Shown piece by piece: positions 11,545 through 22,209 of a DNA stretch of 64,000 nt. How positions within the stretch are numbered: position 1 is the first letter of the stretch; each line of letters begins with the position of its first letter. The translations under genes were made by a program, and so were the position numbers. Origin of the DNA: Castellaniella sp. (GTDB taxonomy: Bacteria; Pseudomonadota; Gammaproteobacteria; Burkholderiales; Burkholderiaceae_B); NCBI RefSeq assembly GCF_034675905.1, contig NZ_JAUCCV010000007.1:86677-150676 (forward strand), read 5' to 3'. The notes below the pieces were generated by a model, which saw only the letters and a list, made by a program, of their open reading frames with translations, did no database searches and was not told where the DNA came from.

Positions 11545-12755
11545 GCGGGCCACTCCTTGAAAAAAGCGATGATTTCATCAGCACGATTCATGCTGTCTGC
11601 CCTGCCCAATGCGATCAGGTCCTTGGTATAGCCTGCTTCGAACAATAAATAGGATGCCAGCGCCCCGCCTGCCGCCTCGGGTTTGCGCGGCGACACCCCC
11701 AACACCCTGAACAAGGTCTGCACGGCGCGCGGCAATTCGTGCAGGTGTTCCAGCGCCATTTCGTCCAGAGAGCGACTGGGAGCGATCATCAGGGTATGGA
11801 TGGGCCGCAATGACTCGCTTTTTAATCCATTTGCAGGGATTCGCGCAAGCAGCCCATTGATTCGCTCCATGCGCTCCATGTCGACCGAAATGCCGTCCAG
11901 GAAAATATTGGACAAGGTATGGCCGGCAATCTGCGCCAGACTGGGGTATGCGGGGCTGAGTTCGCGGATGCCAGGCTGTGTTTCGTCCTGGTAGTTGGTG
12001 CTGATGACGAAGACCCGTTCGGCGCCCAGGTGAATGGCCGGGCTGATGGGCGCCAGCTGGCGCATCGAACCATCGCCACACCACAGGGTCCGGTCGCCCA
12101 CCAGGATCGCCCGCGCAGGAAACACGAAAGGAATGGCGCTGGACGCCAGCAGATGATCCACCCCGATGGAACAGGACACAGCCCGGCGCAGGGTGCGCGT
12201 CCAGGGCAGGATGCTGCCTTCGCCCGCCTGATAGAACGTCAGGTGTTCGCCAGTCGTATACGCGGCGGCGGTGATGGCCAGGGCTTTCAGGTGCCCGCGA
12301 TCCAGATTGGTCCGCAGCCGGGGAAAGCTGAGCGTCCTGCTCAGCAGGCCTGACAGCGGCTCGTTGTCCAGCAGGGAATGCGGCGCGTAGCGGGACAGCT
12401 GCGGGCGAATCCATCCCAGGGTGAGCATGCCCAGCCACTGCAGGCCGGTGCGCACCAGGCGGGGGGCGTCTGAATAATAAACGTCGCGCGTATGCAAGGA
12501 CTGCCACAGCGCGCACAGATGATCGATGGCTCGGTGCGGCTGATGAGCGCGACACGCCAGGGCGGCGGCATTGATGGCCCCGGCCGAGGTGCCGCAGACG
12601 ATGTCGAAAGGATTACGGAACCCAGGGGCGCCATCCGGATCCAGCACCTGCAGGATGCCGGCCAGCACACCTGCCTGGTAGGCGGCGCGGGCGCCGCCCC
12701 CAGTCAGGACCAGACCGATCTGAGGCCGATCAGGATCGCCGTGGCTTATTGGCAT
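11541..12755 (-). CDS. patatin-like phospholipase
   Basis: GGGARAAY oxyanion motif, GTSAG nucleophile, DGS motif (CGDGSMRQ). Confidence 0.9.
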   Translation of the reverse strand: MPISHGDPDRPQIGLVLTGGGARAAYQAGVLAGILQVLDPDGAPGFRNPFDIVCGTSAGAINAAALACRAHQPHRAIDHLCALWQSLHTRDVYYSDAPRLVRTGLQWLGMLTLGWIRPQLSRYAPHSLLDNEPLSGLLSRTLSFPRLRTNLDRGHLKALAITAAAYTTGEHLTFYQAGEGSILPWTRTLRRAVSCSIGVDHLLASSAIPFVFPARAILVGDRTLWCGDGSMRQLAPISPAIHLGAERVFVISTNYQDETQPGIRELSPAYPSLAQIAGHTLSNIFLDGISVDMERMERINGLLARIPANGLKSESLRPIHTLMIAPSRSLDEMALEHLHELPRAVQTLFRVLGVSPRKPEAAGGALASYLLFEAGYTKDLIALGRADSMNRADEIIAFFKEWPA

Positions 12756-15024
12756 CGACCACCGTCAAGGCCGCCATATTGACGATCCGGCGCACCGTCG
12801 AGCTGGATGTCAGGATGTGGACCGGCGCATTGGCGCCCAGCAGGAACGGCCCGACCGCCACATTGCCGCCAGCGGCGGTCTTGAGCAGGTTGTAGGCGAT
12901 ATTGCCGGCATCCACGCTGGGGCAGATCAGCAGATTGGCTTCACCCTTCAAGGTGGTCGACGGCAGGATGCGCTGCCGCAAGGCCGGATCCAGCGCGCAA
13001 TCGCCGTGCATTTCACCGTCGATTTCCAGGCCAGGGTCGCGTTCGCGCACCAGATCCAGCGCCGCACGCATCTTTTCGCCGGAAGACGAACTGCCCGTCC
13101 CGAAGTTCGAACGCGACAGCAAGGCGACTTTGGGTTCGATGTTCAGGCGGCGCATTTCTTCGGCGGCCATCAGGGTGATGTCCGCAATCTGCGTGGCATC
13201 CGGATTGTCGTTGACGTGCGTATCGGCCAGCGCGATGGTGCGCTCATCCAACAGCAGGATGTTCATGGCCGCATAGGTCTGCGCTCCCGGCTGCAAGCCC
13301 AGGACTTCGTCGATGAAGCGTAGATGATTGGCATACGATCCGACCGTGCCGCAGATCATGCCGTCGGCGTCGCCCACACGCACCATCATGGCGCCGATCA
13401 GGGTCAGGCGGCGGCGCATTTCCACCCGCGCCATTTCCTTGGTGATGCCGCGCCGGCACATCATTTCCCAGTACATGGTCCAGTAATGATGGAAGCGTTC
13501 ATCGTGTTCGGGATTGGTAACCTCGACGTCCTCGCCCAGACGGATGCGCAGGCCGTATTTTTCGATACGGGCCGCCAACACCGCCGGCCGGCCGATCAAG
13601 ATCGGTTTGGCCAGGCGTTCGTCGACCACGATCTGCACGGCGCGCAGCACGCGTTCGTCTTCGCCCTCGGCAAAAACGATGCGGGATTTTCCGCCCTCGC
13701 GCACCATGGCGCGCGCCGCCGAGAACAAGGGCTTCATGAAGGCGCCGGAATGGTAGACGAACTGTTCCAGCTGGCCGGCGTAGCTGTCCAGATCGGCCAG
13801 CGGGCGCGTCGCCACGCCATCGTCCATGGCCGCCTTGGCGACGGCGGGGGAAATGCGTACGATCAGGCGCGGATCAAAGGGCTTGGGAATGAAGTAATTG
13901 GCGCCGAAAGACACGTCGTACAGGCCATAGGCGGCCGCCACGACGTCGTTTTGCTCTTCGCGGGCCAGCTTGCAGATCGCCATGACGGCGGCTTTTTCCA
14001 TGCCGCGCGTGATGGTGGTCGCCCCCACGTCCAGCGCACCCCGGAAAATATACGGGAAGCACAAGACATTATTGACCTGGTTGGGGAAATCGGACCGGCC
14101 GGTGGCGATCACGACATCGTCGCGCACCGCCAGGGCGTCGGCCGGCAGGATTTCCGGATTGGGATTGGCCAGCGCCAGCACCAGCGGGCGGGCCGCCATT
14201 TTCTTGACCATCTCGGGCTTGAGCACGCCGCCCGCCGACAAGCCCAGGAACACATCGGCGTCGCCGATGATGTCGCCCAGCGTGCGGGCGTCGGTCTTTT
14301 GCGCAAAACGGGCCTTTTTGGGATCCATCAAGACCGTGCGGCCTTCGTAGACCACGCCCTCGATGTCGGACACCCAGATGTGTTCCAGCGGCAGGCCCAT
14401 GTCCATCATGAGTTCCAGGCAGCCCAGAGCAGCCGCCCCGGCGCCGGACACCACGACCTTGACCTTGGCGATGTCCTTGCCGACGACTTCCAGGCCGTTG
14501 ATGAATGCCGCCGTCACGCAGATGGCCGTGCCGTGCTGGTCATCATGGAAGACCGGAATCTTCATGCGTTCGCGCAGTTTGCGCTCGACCTCGAAACATT
14601 CAGGCGCCTTGATGTCTTCCAGGTTGATGCCGCCGAATGTGGGTTCCAGCCCGGCGATGATATCCACCAGCTTGTCGGGGTCCTGTTCGTTGATCTCGAT
14701 GTCGAAAACATCCAGGCCGGAGAATTTTTTGAACAGCACGGCCTTGCCTTCCATGACGGGCTTGGAGGCCAGCGCCCCGATATTGCCCAGGCCCAGCACC
14801 GCCGTCCCGTTGGTGATCACCCCCACCAGGTTGCCGCGCGCGGTGTAGCGAAAAGCATTATGGGCATCGTCGACGATGGCCTCGCAGGCCGCCGCTACCC
14901 CGGGGGAATAGGCCAGCGCCAGATCCCGCTGGTTGGACAGCTGCTTGGTGGGTGTCACCGAGATTTTGCCGGGACGGCCATGTTCGTGATATTCGAGCGC
15001 CGCCGCGCGCAGGGATTCGTCCAT
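12730..15024 (-). CDS. maeB: NADP-dependent malic enzyme with PTA-like C-terminal domain
   Basis: [36 protein letters not shown]-terminal [14 protein letters not shown] and EIDGEMHGD. Confidence 0.96.
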   Translation of the reverse strand: MDESLRAAALEYHEHGRPGKISVTPTKQLSNQRDLALAYSPGVAAACEAIVDDAHNAFRYTARGNLVGVITNGTAVLGLGNIGALASKPVMEGKAVLFKKFSGLDVFDIEINEQDPDKLVDIIAGLEPTFGGINLEDIKAPECFEVERKLRERMKIPVFHDDQHGTAICVTAAFINGLEVVGKDIAKVKVVVSGAGAAALGCLELMMDMGLPLEHIWVSDIEGVVYEGRTVLMDPKKARFAQKTDARTLGDIIGDADVFLGLSAGGVLKPEMVKKMAARPLVLALANPNPEILPADALAVRDDVVIATGRSDFPNQVNNVLCFPYIFRGALDVGATTITRGMEKAAVMAICKLAREEQNDVVAAAYGLYDVSFGANYFIPKPFDPRLIVRISPAVAKAAMDDGVATRPLADLDSYAGQLEQFVYHSGAFMKPLFSAARAMVREGGKSRIVFAEGEDERVLRAVQIVVDERLAKPILIGRPAVLAARIEKYGLRIRLGEDVEVTNPEHDERFHHYWTMYWEMMCRRGITKEMARVEMRRRLTLIGAMMVRVGDADGMICGTVGSYANHLRFIDEVLGLQPGAQTYAAMNILLLDERTIALADTHVNDNPDATQIADITLMAAEEMRRLNIEPKVALLSRSNFGTGSSSSGEKMRAALDLVRERDPGLEIDGEMHGDCALDPALRQRILPSTTLKGEANLLICPSVDAGNIAYNLLKTAAGGNVAVGPFLLGANAPVHILTSSSTVRRIVNMAALTVVDANKPRRS

Positions 15025-15111
15025 CGTGGTGCCTTGTCTAGTGTTATATGAGGGGTGATGCCATTCTAGCTGCTTGCATCGATCAGGGGTATGGCCCGCA
15101 GTGCATGCCGT

Positions 15112-16023
15112 TCATGTGTCGACGCCATGCAGATCCTGGCCCTGCGCCGGAAACAGCCCGTCGGGGTCGAACAAGGCCCGCACGGCCCGGTCCGTCTCCC
15201 GCTGCGCCGCACCGGGTCCCGGGCGATTGCCATAGCGGGATTCATAGGGCCGTTCGGCTGGCGCGCCCAGCCGCTCGTCAAATACCAGCCATTCGACCCA
15301 GCCCAATTCCCCGCCGTGTCCCAACAGCAGATGGGCCAGATTGACCGTCCGCCCTGCAAGCGGACTGAGCGCATCAAGCCGGTAGCGGGCATCCCAGTAC
15401 GAATCCTCGGCGCCCTGCAGGTTGGCGCTCAATTCAAACAGACGCGGGATCATGCCCTGCACACGCAGATTGTCCAAGGGCTTGCGATTGTCCACGCCGA
15501 ACGCCCCCAGATTGGCCTGAGTGCCATCGGCCAGCAGCAGCAAGGCATGCGTCAGGCCGCTATCCGCCGTCTGGCCGCAGGCCCAATCGCAACTGCGCCG
15601 ATCCGCCAGCCAGGCGGCCACAGTCAGGTGCGCCGGCTGATCGCGAAACTGGGGCAGGCCGGCGGATTCCAGATCGCCCACCAGGCAGCCCGGCTGCACG
15701 AACCAGCGCGGATCCTCCGGCCCCAGGCGTTCGCAGCGGGCCATGGCCGAGCCTGGTTCCAGCCATAGGACCGGCGCATCATCCAGGGAACTGGCGCAAG
15801 GCACGCCATCAAGCGCCATCGTGATGCCGTATTCGCGGCACAGGGCGCGCGCCTGATAGACATCCTGCATATGACCGGGCACCAGCCGGGCGCTGCCGGC
15901 AGATGTGGAAAAGTCATATACCTGCCCCTGAGCGACCCGACGCAGGCGGGACAGAAAGGCGTCCCACGGGGATTGCTCGGCACGGCGGCCAACCAGAAAG
16001 GCGCGGCGCGACGGTGACTGCAT
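15112..16023 (-). CDS. hypothetical protein, degenerate FAD-linked oxidase-like fold
   Basis: WFVQPGCLVGDL and RYRLDAL...NLAHLLLGHGGELG resemble the FAD-binding half of FAD-linked oxidases; only 303 aa. Confidence 0.55.
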   Translation of the reverse strand: MQSPSRRAFLVGRRAEQSPWDAFLSRLRRVAQGQVYDFSTSAGSARLVPGHMQDVYQARALCREYGITMALDGVPCASSLDDAPVLWLEPGSAMARCERLGPEDPRWFVQPGCLVGDLESAGLPQFRDQPAHLTVAAWLADRRSCDWACGQTADSGLTHALLLLADGTQANLGAFGVDNRKPLDNLRVQGMIPRLFELSANLQGAEDSYWDARYRLDALSPLAGRTVNLAHLLLGHGGELGWVEWLVFDERLGAPAERPYESRYGNRPGPGAAQRETDRAVRALFDPDGLFPAQGQDLHGVDT

Positions 16024-16081
16024 AGAAGGCTCCTGGCCAAGGCTACAATTGGTCTTTTAGACAATGCGGTAGAGATACGTC

Positions 16082-17284
16082 ATGGTCCGACTGGCCGACA
16101 GAACCCAACGCACAGTGCCATTTTACGCTGTGGAAGTCCTGAAACAGGCGCAGGCGCTGGCCGCCCAAGGCCGCGACATCGTCAGCCTGGGCATCGGCGA
16201 GCCCGATTTCACCGCCCCGCCCCGTGTCCTGGAAACCCTGAACCGGGCAGCCGATGCCGGGCTCAGCGGCTACACGGCCCCGGTCGGCATCCCGGCCCTG
16301 CGCGAGGCCATCTCCCACTATTACGACACGCATTTCGGCGCCCGGGTCGACCCATCCCGCATCCTGATCACCGCAGGGGCGTCCGGCGCGCTGCTGCTGG
16401 CCACGCTGGCCCTGATCAATCCCGGCGACGAGGTCCTGATGCCCGACCCGTCCTACCCCGCCAACCAGAACTTCATCACGGCGGCCGGCGGGACCGCGCG
16501 GCTGATCCCCACCAGCGCCGAACACCGCTTCCAGCTGCGAGCCGAAGACATAGATGCTCATTGGGGGCCGGCCACCCGGGGCGTGCTGATCGCCTCGCCC
16601 AGCAACCCGACGGGCACGTCCATGCCCCGCGAGGCCCTGCGGGCGCTGATCGCTGCCGTACGCGCCCGCGGGGGGTTTGTCATCATGGACGAAATCTACC
16701 TGGGCCTGTACTACGACGGCGTCCCGCAAAGCGCCCTGACGCTGGACGATGACCTGGTGGTCATCAACAGCTTTTCAAAATACTTTCACATGACGGGGTG
16801 GCGTCTGGGGTGGCTGATGGCCCCGGCCGCCCTGATGCCGGCCATCGAACGGCTGGCCGCCAGTCTGGCGATCTGCGCCCCGGCGCTGGCCCAGCACGCC
16901 GCGCTTAGCTGCTTCGAACCCGAGGTCATGCAGATCTACGAACGCCGGCGTTTGTCCTTCAAGGAACGGCGCGACTATCTGCTGCCGGAATTCGCACGGC
17001 TCGGCCTGGATGTCCCCGCCGCGCCGGATGGGGCTTTTTATATTTTTGCCGACATCCATGCCTTTGGCCTGGATAGCGCCGAATTCTGCCGCCGCCTGCT
17101 GAACGAAGCCGGGGTTGCGTCCGTCCCCGGGCTGGATTTCGGCCAGGCCCATGCCGCCCGGACGGTACGCTTTTCCTATGCGACCGGGCTGGATCGCTTG
17201 CGCGAAGCGATTACGCGGATGGAAGTGTTTTTAGACGCCTTGCGATCCCCTGCCGCTTCGGCGGCGCAGACACACCGCGCATAA
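16082..17284 (+). CDS. PLP-dependent class I/II aminotransferase
   Basis: LGIGEPDF, SPSNPTG, DEIY, SFSKYFHMTGWRLGW with the PLP lysine. Confidence 0.93.
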   Translation: MVRLADRTQRTVPFYAVEVLKQAQALAAQGRDIVSLGIGEPDFTAPPRVLETLNRAADAGLSGYTAPVGIPALREAISHYYDTHFGARVDPSRILITAGASGALLLATLALINPGDEVLMPDPSYPANQNFITAAGGTARLIPTSAEHRFQLRAEDIDAHWGPATRGVLIASPSNPTGTSMPREALRALIAAVRARGGFVIMDEIYLGLYYDGVPQSALTLDDDLVVINSFSKYFHMTGWRLGWLMAPAALMPAIERLAASLAICAPALAQHAALSCFEPEVMQIYERRRLSFKERRDYLLPEFARLGLDVPAAPDGAFYIFADIHAFGLDSAEFCRRLLNEAGVASVPGLDFGQAHAARTVRFSYATGLDRLREAITRMEVFLDALRSPAASAAQTHRA

Positions 17285-17318
17285 GGGATTGGGGCCGTCA
17301 TCAGCCCTGCGACGCGTG

Positions 17319-18167
17319 TCAGTTCTTGCCCAGCGGTATACCGGATGCCAAGGCAATGCGGCGGCGTTCGGCCAGGACCTTGGCCCCATAGCCGCCATCG
17401 CTGGGGCCGGACGCCCCGACATAACAAGACAGGCCGCCCTCGACCGAGCCGCGCCGGCGGATGCAATCCGCCAGGATCTGGGCCCCGATGCGGATGTTGA
17501 CCACCGGATTGAAAATCGCCGATGGTCCGCCATGCACCCGCAGCTTGTCGCGGTGCACGCTGCTCATGACCTGCATCAGGCCTTGCGCCCCGACCGAGCT
17601 TTCCACAAAGGGGTTGTAGCGGGACTCAATAGCGATGACGGCCAGCAGCAATTGGGGATCTACCCGGCGTTCTTTCCCGACCGCAAAGGCCGTGCGCACC
17701 AAGGCCCCCGACACGCTGGAAGCGATCCGGTATTTACGTGACAGATAGCTGCGCAGCCCCTGGGCCTGGGCGGTGGTCACGCCAGGGATGGCTTGGTCGC
17801 GCATGCTGGCGGACAAGGCCTGCATGAAATCCGCTGGGCCTGAAGGCGCTGCCGCCGCCGGCGCCTGATCGCCGGAGGCCGGCGGCTGATCCGGCGCCGC
17901 CGTGTCGTCCGCCGTATCCGCCGGCGCCGTGCCATTCGATCCCTGCACCTGATCCGTCGGCGGCGTCCAGGCATAATCGGCATCGCCGCCGCCATAGACC
18001 GTACCATCCGCCTGGAACATGGCCAGGACCACCTGATGCAGTTGCTGGGACTGCTGGCGCATCGAAGGCAGGACCAGGCTCAAGCCCAGCGTCGTCAATA
18101 CGGCCAGCCCCAGGTAAATGGCGCTGACATGGATGAATTCATTGACGGGAGAGAGCACGGCGCGCAT
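17319..18167 (-). CDS. lytic transglycosylase (SLT domain), N-terminal membrane anchor; start uncertain
   Basis: LLAVIAIESRYNP, GAQGLMQVM, NIRIGAQIL. Confidence 0.88.
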   Translation of the reverse strand: MRAVLSPVNEFIHVSAIYLGLAVLTTLGLSLVLPSMRQQSQQLHQVVLAMFQADGTVYGGGDADYAWTPPTDQVQGSNGTAPADTADDTAAPDQPPASGDQAPAAAAPSGPADFMQALSASMRDQAIPGVTTAQAQGLRSYLSRKYRIASSVSGALVRTAFAVGKERRVDPQLLLAVIAIESRYNPFVESSVGAQGLMQVMSSVHRDKLRVHGGPSAIFNPVVNIRIGAQILADCIRRRGSVEGGLSCYVGASGPSDGGYGAKVLAERRRIALASGIPLGKN

Positions 18168-18286
18168 GCCGTGCTGCAGGCGCTCAGCCAGCAACCTTGC
18201 GACCATGGGCGCCTCCGGCAGCCGTTCGGGCGGGGGGAATGGTAATCTTTGGCACGTCGACACTGTAACCTGATTGAGCACACTCT

Positions 18287-19834
18287 GTGAAATACCGCGA
18301 CCTTCGGGACTTCATCGCCCAACTCGAGCGCCAGGGCCAGCTCAAACGCATCCGCCACCCGGTCTCCACCACGCTGGAAATGACGGAAATCAGCGACCGC
18401 GTGCTGCGCGCCGGCGGCCCCGCCCTGCTGTTCGAACAGGCGCAGCATGCGGGCCGGACCAGCCCCATTCCCGTGTTGACGAACCTGTTCGGCACCCCGC
18501 AGCGCGTGGCCTGGGGCATGGGCGCCGAAGACGTCTCGGCCTTGCGCGACACGGGCGAACTGCTGGCCTCGCTGCGTGAACCGACGCCGCCCCACGGCAT
18601 GCGCGACGCCCTGTCGAAAGTCGCGATGCTGAAAGCGGCGCTGTGGGACATGAACCCGCGCCAGGTGCGTTCCGCTCCCTGCCAGGAAGTCGTCATCGAA
18701 GCTGATCAGGTCGACTTGCACGACCTGCCGCTGCAAAGCTGCTGGCCGGGCGACGTGGCGCCGCTATTGACCTGGGGGCTGGTCATTACGCGCGGCCCGA
18801 ATGCACGGCGTCAGAACCTGGGCATCTACCGCCAGCAACTGATCGGCCGCAACAAACTGATCATGCGCTGGCTGTCGCATCGCGGCGGCGCACTGGATTT
18901 CCGCGATCACTGCCTGGCCCACCCCGGCCAGCCTTTTCCCATCGCCGTGGCGCTGGGCACTGATCCGGCCACCCTGCTGGCCGCCGTCACCCCGATTCCC
19001 GACAGCCTGTCCGAATATCAGTTCGCCGGCCTGCTGCGAGGTTCCCGCACCGAACTGGCCGCCGCCCTGGGCAGCGGCCTGCAAGTGCCCGCCCAGGCGG
19101 AAATCGTCCTGGAAGGCCATATCCTGCCCTCCTCCGACCCCAGAGCCATCGCTCCCACGGTCCCCGACGGGGTATCCCCGCCAGCCGGCGCCGACTATGA
19201 AATGGCGCTGGAAGGCCCGTATGGGGATCACACGGGCTACTACAACGAACAGGACTGGTTCCCGGTCTTGACGGTCGAGCGCATCACCCACCGGCGCCAG
19301 CCGATCTATCACAGCACCTACACCGGCAAGCCGCCTGACGAACCGGCGGTGCTGGGCGTGGCGCTGAACGAAGTGTTCGTGCCGCTGCTCAAGCGCCAGT
19401 TTCCCGAAATCACCGATTTCTACCTGCCCCCGGAAGGCTGCAGCTACCGGCTGGCGGTGGTCTCGATCCGCAAGCAGTACCCGGGCCACGCCAAACGTAT
19501 CCTGTTCGGCCTATGGAGCGTGCTGCGCCAGTTCATGTACACCAAGTTCATCATCGTGGTGGACGAGGACATCGATGTACGCAACTGGTCCGAGGTCATC
19601 TGGGCCATGACGACCCGCATGGACCCGGTGCGCGACACCCTGCTGGTGGAAAACACACCCATCGATTATCTGGATTTCGCCTCGCCGGTGTCGGGTCTGG
19701 GCGGCAAGATGGGGCTGGACGCCACCAACAAATGGCCGGGCGAGACCCAGCGCGAATGGGGACGACCGATCACCATGTCCGCCGACGTCAAGCAGCGGGT
19801 GGACGCCATGTGGGATCAGCTCGGCCTGGCCTGA
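18287..19834 (+). CDS. ubiD: 4-hydroxy-3-polyprenylbenzoate decarboxylase
   Basis: [59 protein letters not shown]. Confidence 0.96.
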   Translation: MKYRDLRDFIAQLERQGQLKRIRHPVSTTLEMTEISDRVLRAGGPALLFEQAQHAGRTSPIPVLTNLFGTPQRVAWGMGAEDVSALRDTGELLASLREPTPPHGMRDALSKVAMLKAALWDMNPRQVRSAPCQEVVIEADQVDLHDLPLQSCWPGDVAPLLTWGLVITRGPNARRQNLGIYRQQLIGRNKLIMRWLSHRGGALDFRDHCLAHPGQPFPIAVALGTDPATLLAAVTPIPDSLSEYQFAGLLRGSRTELAAALGSGLQVPAQAEIVLEGHILPSSDPRAIAPTVPDGVSPPAGADYEMALEGPYGDHTGYYNEQDWFPVLTVERITHRRQPIYHSTYTGKPPDEPAVLGVALNEVFVPLLKRQFPEITDFYLPPEGCSYRLAVVSIRKQYPGHAKRILFGLWSVLRQFMYTKFIIVVDEDIDVRNWSEVIWAMTTRMDPVRDTLLVENTPIDYLDFASPVSGLGGKMGLDATNKWPGETQREWGRPITMSADVKQRVDAMWDQLGLA

Positions 19835-19840
19835 CAGGGA

Positions 19841-20194
19841 TCAGGCGTTCTCGTCCTGAGAGCCGTTGCGCTTGCCCAGCCAGACCAGCCCGGCGATCAG
19901 CGCGGTTTTCAGGATGATCCTGCGCCGGCCGGTCTTGCCCAGAGCGGACCCCAGCAAAGACCCCATCATCGGATAGCGCCGCAACAGCCGCCAGCCGACA
20001 CTTAACCAGCCCAGGCCGGAAGCCTGCAGATGGTCGCTGGCCTGCGCCGCCAGCGCGCGGGGCTGTACGGCGCCCGCCAGGCGGCAGGCGCTCTGGCGCA
20101 AGGCCAGACGCTCGTAGCCCGCCTGCAGGCGTAGCAGTTCAATACGCAAGCGACGGTCTCGGGCGCTGGAGGTACGCACTACAGGCTGATTCAT
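19841..20194 (-). CDS. YqjK-like protein
   Basis: Third gene of an elaB/yqjD-yqjE-yqjK-type operon; 4-bp overlap with the upstream gene. Confidence 0.6.
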   Translation of the reverse strand: MNQPVVRTSSARDRRLRIELLRLQAGYERLALRQSACRLAGAVQPRALAAQASDHLQASGLGWLSVGWRLLRRYPMMGSLLGSALGKTGRRRIILKTALIAGLVWLGKRNGSQDENA

Positions 20195-20631
20195 GGCATC
20201 CCCCGGGAATCCGGATCGTCAGCGGCGCGATCCGCCGGCTCACCCGGCGACGCCGGCCGCGCCAGCCCCAAGGATCGGGCATCCTGACGCAACACATCCG
20301 CCGTCACGGCAAAGGGAGCCGGGTCGTGCCGCAGCCGGCGCAGCACAGCCACCACCAAGCCCGCCCCCGCCACTGCATAGGCCAAGGCCAGCAGCCCCAG
20401 CGCCAGGAAGCGATATTCAGTCGGCCAGAAATACAGGGCCACGGCCAAGGTGGCGACCAGCAGCGCCAGCCCCAGGCAGAGGGCGGCCGCCAACAGCAGC
20501 GCCAACTGGCCCAACAAGCGGTCACGCGCCTCTTGGGCTTCCAGGCTGAGCAATTCCAGGCGGGTGCTGATCAGCGCGGCGCCATTTGCTGCCAGATCTG
20601 CCAATGCGCGGCTGAACGCCCCCATGAGCAT
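20191..20631 (-). CDS. YqjE / phage-holin-3_6-like membrane protein
   Basis: TRLELLSLEAQEARDR followed by two TM segments. Confidence 0.8.
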   Translation of the reverse strand: MLMGAFSRALADLAANGAALISTRLELLSLEAQEARDRLLGQLALLLAAALCLGLALLVATLAVALYFWPTEYRFLALGLLALAYAVAGAGLVVAVLRRLRHDPAPFAVTADVLRQDARSLGLARPASPGEPADRAADDPDSRGMP

Positions 20632-20954
20632 CAGCGCCGCGACAACAAAGCGCCCAGCAGTAAACCGGCGACACCCGCCATCCCCACGGCCTTCCAGGGA
20701 TTGGCCTGGACATATTCATCGGTATCCTGTACGACTTTGCGGCCCTGTTCGAGCAGATCGGCCTGCGTCTCGGACAAGACGGCACGGCCTTGATCCAGCG
20801 CCTGCAAGGCCTTGGTGCGCAGATCGACGGCCTTGTCGCCCGTGGTCTCAGCGGCCTCGCGCAGCAGTTTTTCCGCCTGATCCAGGCTGGATTTCAGATC
20901 CTCGATCAGTGCGTCGCCGGCAGACTGGGTGGCAATGCGCTTGCGTGTAGCCAT
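20631..20954 (-). CDS. DUF883 family (ElaB/YqjD) tail-anchored protein
   Basis: DEYVQANPWKAVGMAGVAGLLLGALLSRR. Confidence 0.9.
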   Translation of the reverse strand: MATRKRIATQSAGDALIEDLKSSLDQAEKLLREAAETTGDKAVDLRTKALQALDQGRAVLSETQADLLEQGRKVVQDTDEYVQANPWKAVGMAGVAGLLLGALLSRR

Positions 20955-21065
20955 GAGAAACTCCTTGAATCGGGCTGAAGAATTTCTATCCTACCCGATC
21001 AAGCGGCATCCATGTGTCAAGAACTGTGTGGGCCTGCGCCAGATCAACGTGCGCAAACACGCGGC

Positions 21066-21704
21066 CTATTCGGTCTTTTGCCGCGTACCGAAAATACGGT
21101 CGCCCGCATCCCCAAGGCCTGGAATGATGTAGCCATCCTCGTTCAGATGACTATCGATGGAAGCCGTATAGATGTGTACATCCGGATGAGCGCGTTCGAC
21201 GGCGGCGATGCCCTCGGGCGCTGCCACCAGCACCAGCGCACGCACATTGCGGCTGCCGGCCTGCTTCAGCATATCGATGGCAGCCACCATCGAACCGCCC
21301 GTCGCCAGCATGGGGTCGACGATCAGCGCCAAGCGTTGGTCCAGCTGGCCGACCAGTTTTTCCAAATAGGGCTGCGCCTGCAGGGTTTCCTCGTTGCGGG
21401 CAATGCCCACGGCGCTGACCTTGGCCCCTGGGATCAGGCTGAGCACGCCGTCCAGCATGCCGATGCCGGCGCGCAGAATGGGCACGACCGTCACTTTTTT
21501 CCCGGCCAGTTTTTCCACGTCCAGTTCACCCGCCCAGCCGGTGATGCGAGCCGGTTCCAGGGGCAGATCCTTGGTGGCCTCGTAGGTCAGCAAAGCGCCG
21601 ATTTCCTGCGCCATTTCACGGAAATTCTTGGTGCTGAGATCGGCGCGGCGCATCAGGCCCAGTTTGTGGCGGATCAGAGGATGGTGGATTTGATGGATGG
21701 GCAT
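21066..21704 (-). CDS. upp: uracil phosphoribosyltransferase
   Basis: [44 protein letters not shown]. Confidence 0.97.
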   Translation of the reverse strand: MPIHQIHHPLIRHKLGLMRRADLSTKNFREMAQEIGALLTYEATKDLPLEPARITGWAGELDVEKLAGKKVTVVPILRAGIGMLDGVLSLIPGAKVSAVGIARNEETLQAQPYLEKLVGQLDQRLALIVDPMLATGGSMVAAIDMLKQAGSRNVRALVLVAAPEGIAAVERAHPDVHIYTASIDSHLNEDGYIIPGLGDAGDRIFGTRQKTE

Positions 21705-21777
21705 GGCGGCTCAGTCGGCAAAGAGGTGTCGGCCTGCAGTGTACCCCCACTGCAAACCGCCACGCACCGTCGCGCAT

Positions 21778-22170
21778 TCAATCCGGAATCACCGCCGTAA
21801 CCTCGATCTCGACCTTGGCCCGGTCCTCGATCAGAGCGGCGACCTGCACCGCCGTCATGGCGGCATTGAAACTGCCGATCAGCTCGCGAAAGGCCTTGCC
21901 GATTTCGGGATAGGCGGCCACATATTCCTGTTTGTCCGTCACGTACCAGGTCATGCGCACGATGTGTTCGGGTTTGGCGCCGCCCTCGGCCAGCACCTCG
22001 ACGATATTCTGCAGCGCCTGGCGCACCTGACCGGCCACATCATCCGTATGAAACACCCCGTGGGCATCCCAGCCTATCATGCCGGCCACGAAAATCTGGC
22101 GACCGCGCACGGACACGCCATTGGCATATCCCTTGGGCCGGGGCCAATCCGGGGGAAGTAGAACTTGCAT
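21778..22170 (-). CDS. RidA/YjgF family protein (abm cluster)
   Basis: MQVLLPPDWPRPKGYANG...AKVEIEVTAVIP. Confidence 0.9.
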   Translation of the reverse strand: MQVLLPPDWPRPKGYANGVSVRGRQIFVAGMIGWDAHGVFHTDDVAGQVRQALQNIVEVLAEGGAKPEHIVRMTWYVTDKQEYVAAYPEIGKAFRELIGSFNAAMTAVQVAALIEDRAKVEIEVTAVIPD

Positions 22171-22209
22171 GAGAACTCCTTGATTCAAGAAACCATGAGA
22201 AGGGACGGA

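Noticed and set aside
20191-20631. Phage holin implying a second prophage
   Set aside because: It is the conserved chromosomal yqjD/E/K-type operon, with no phage context.
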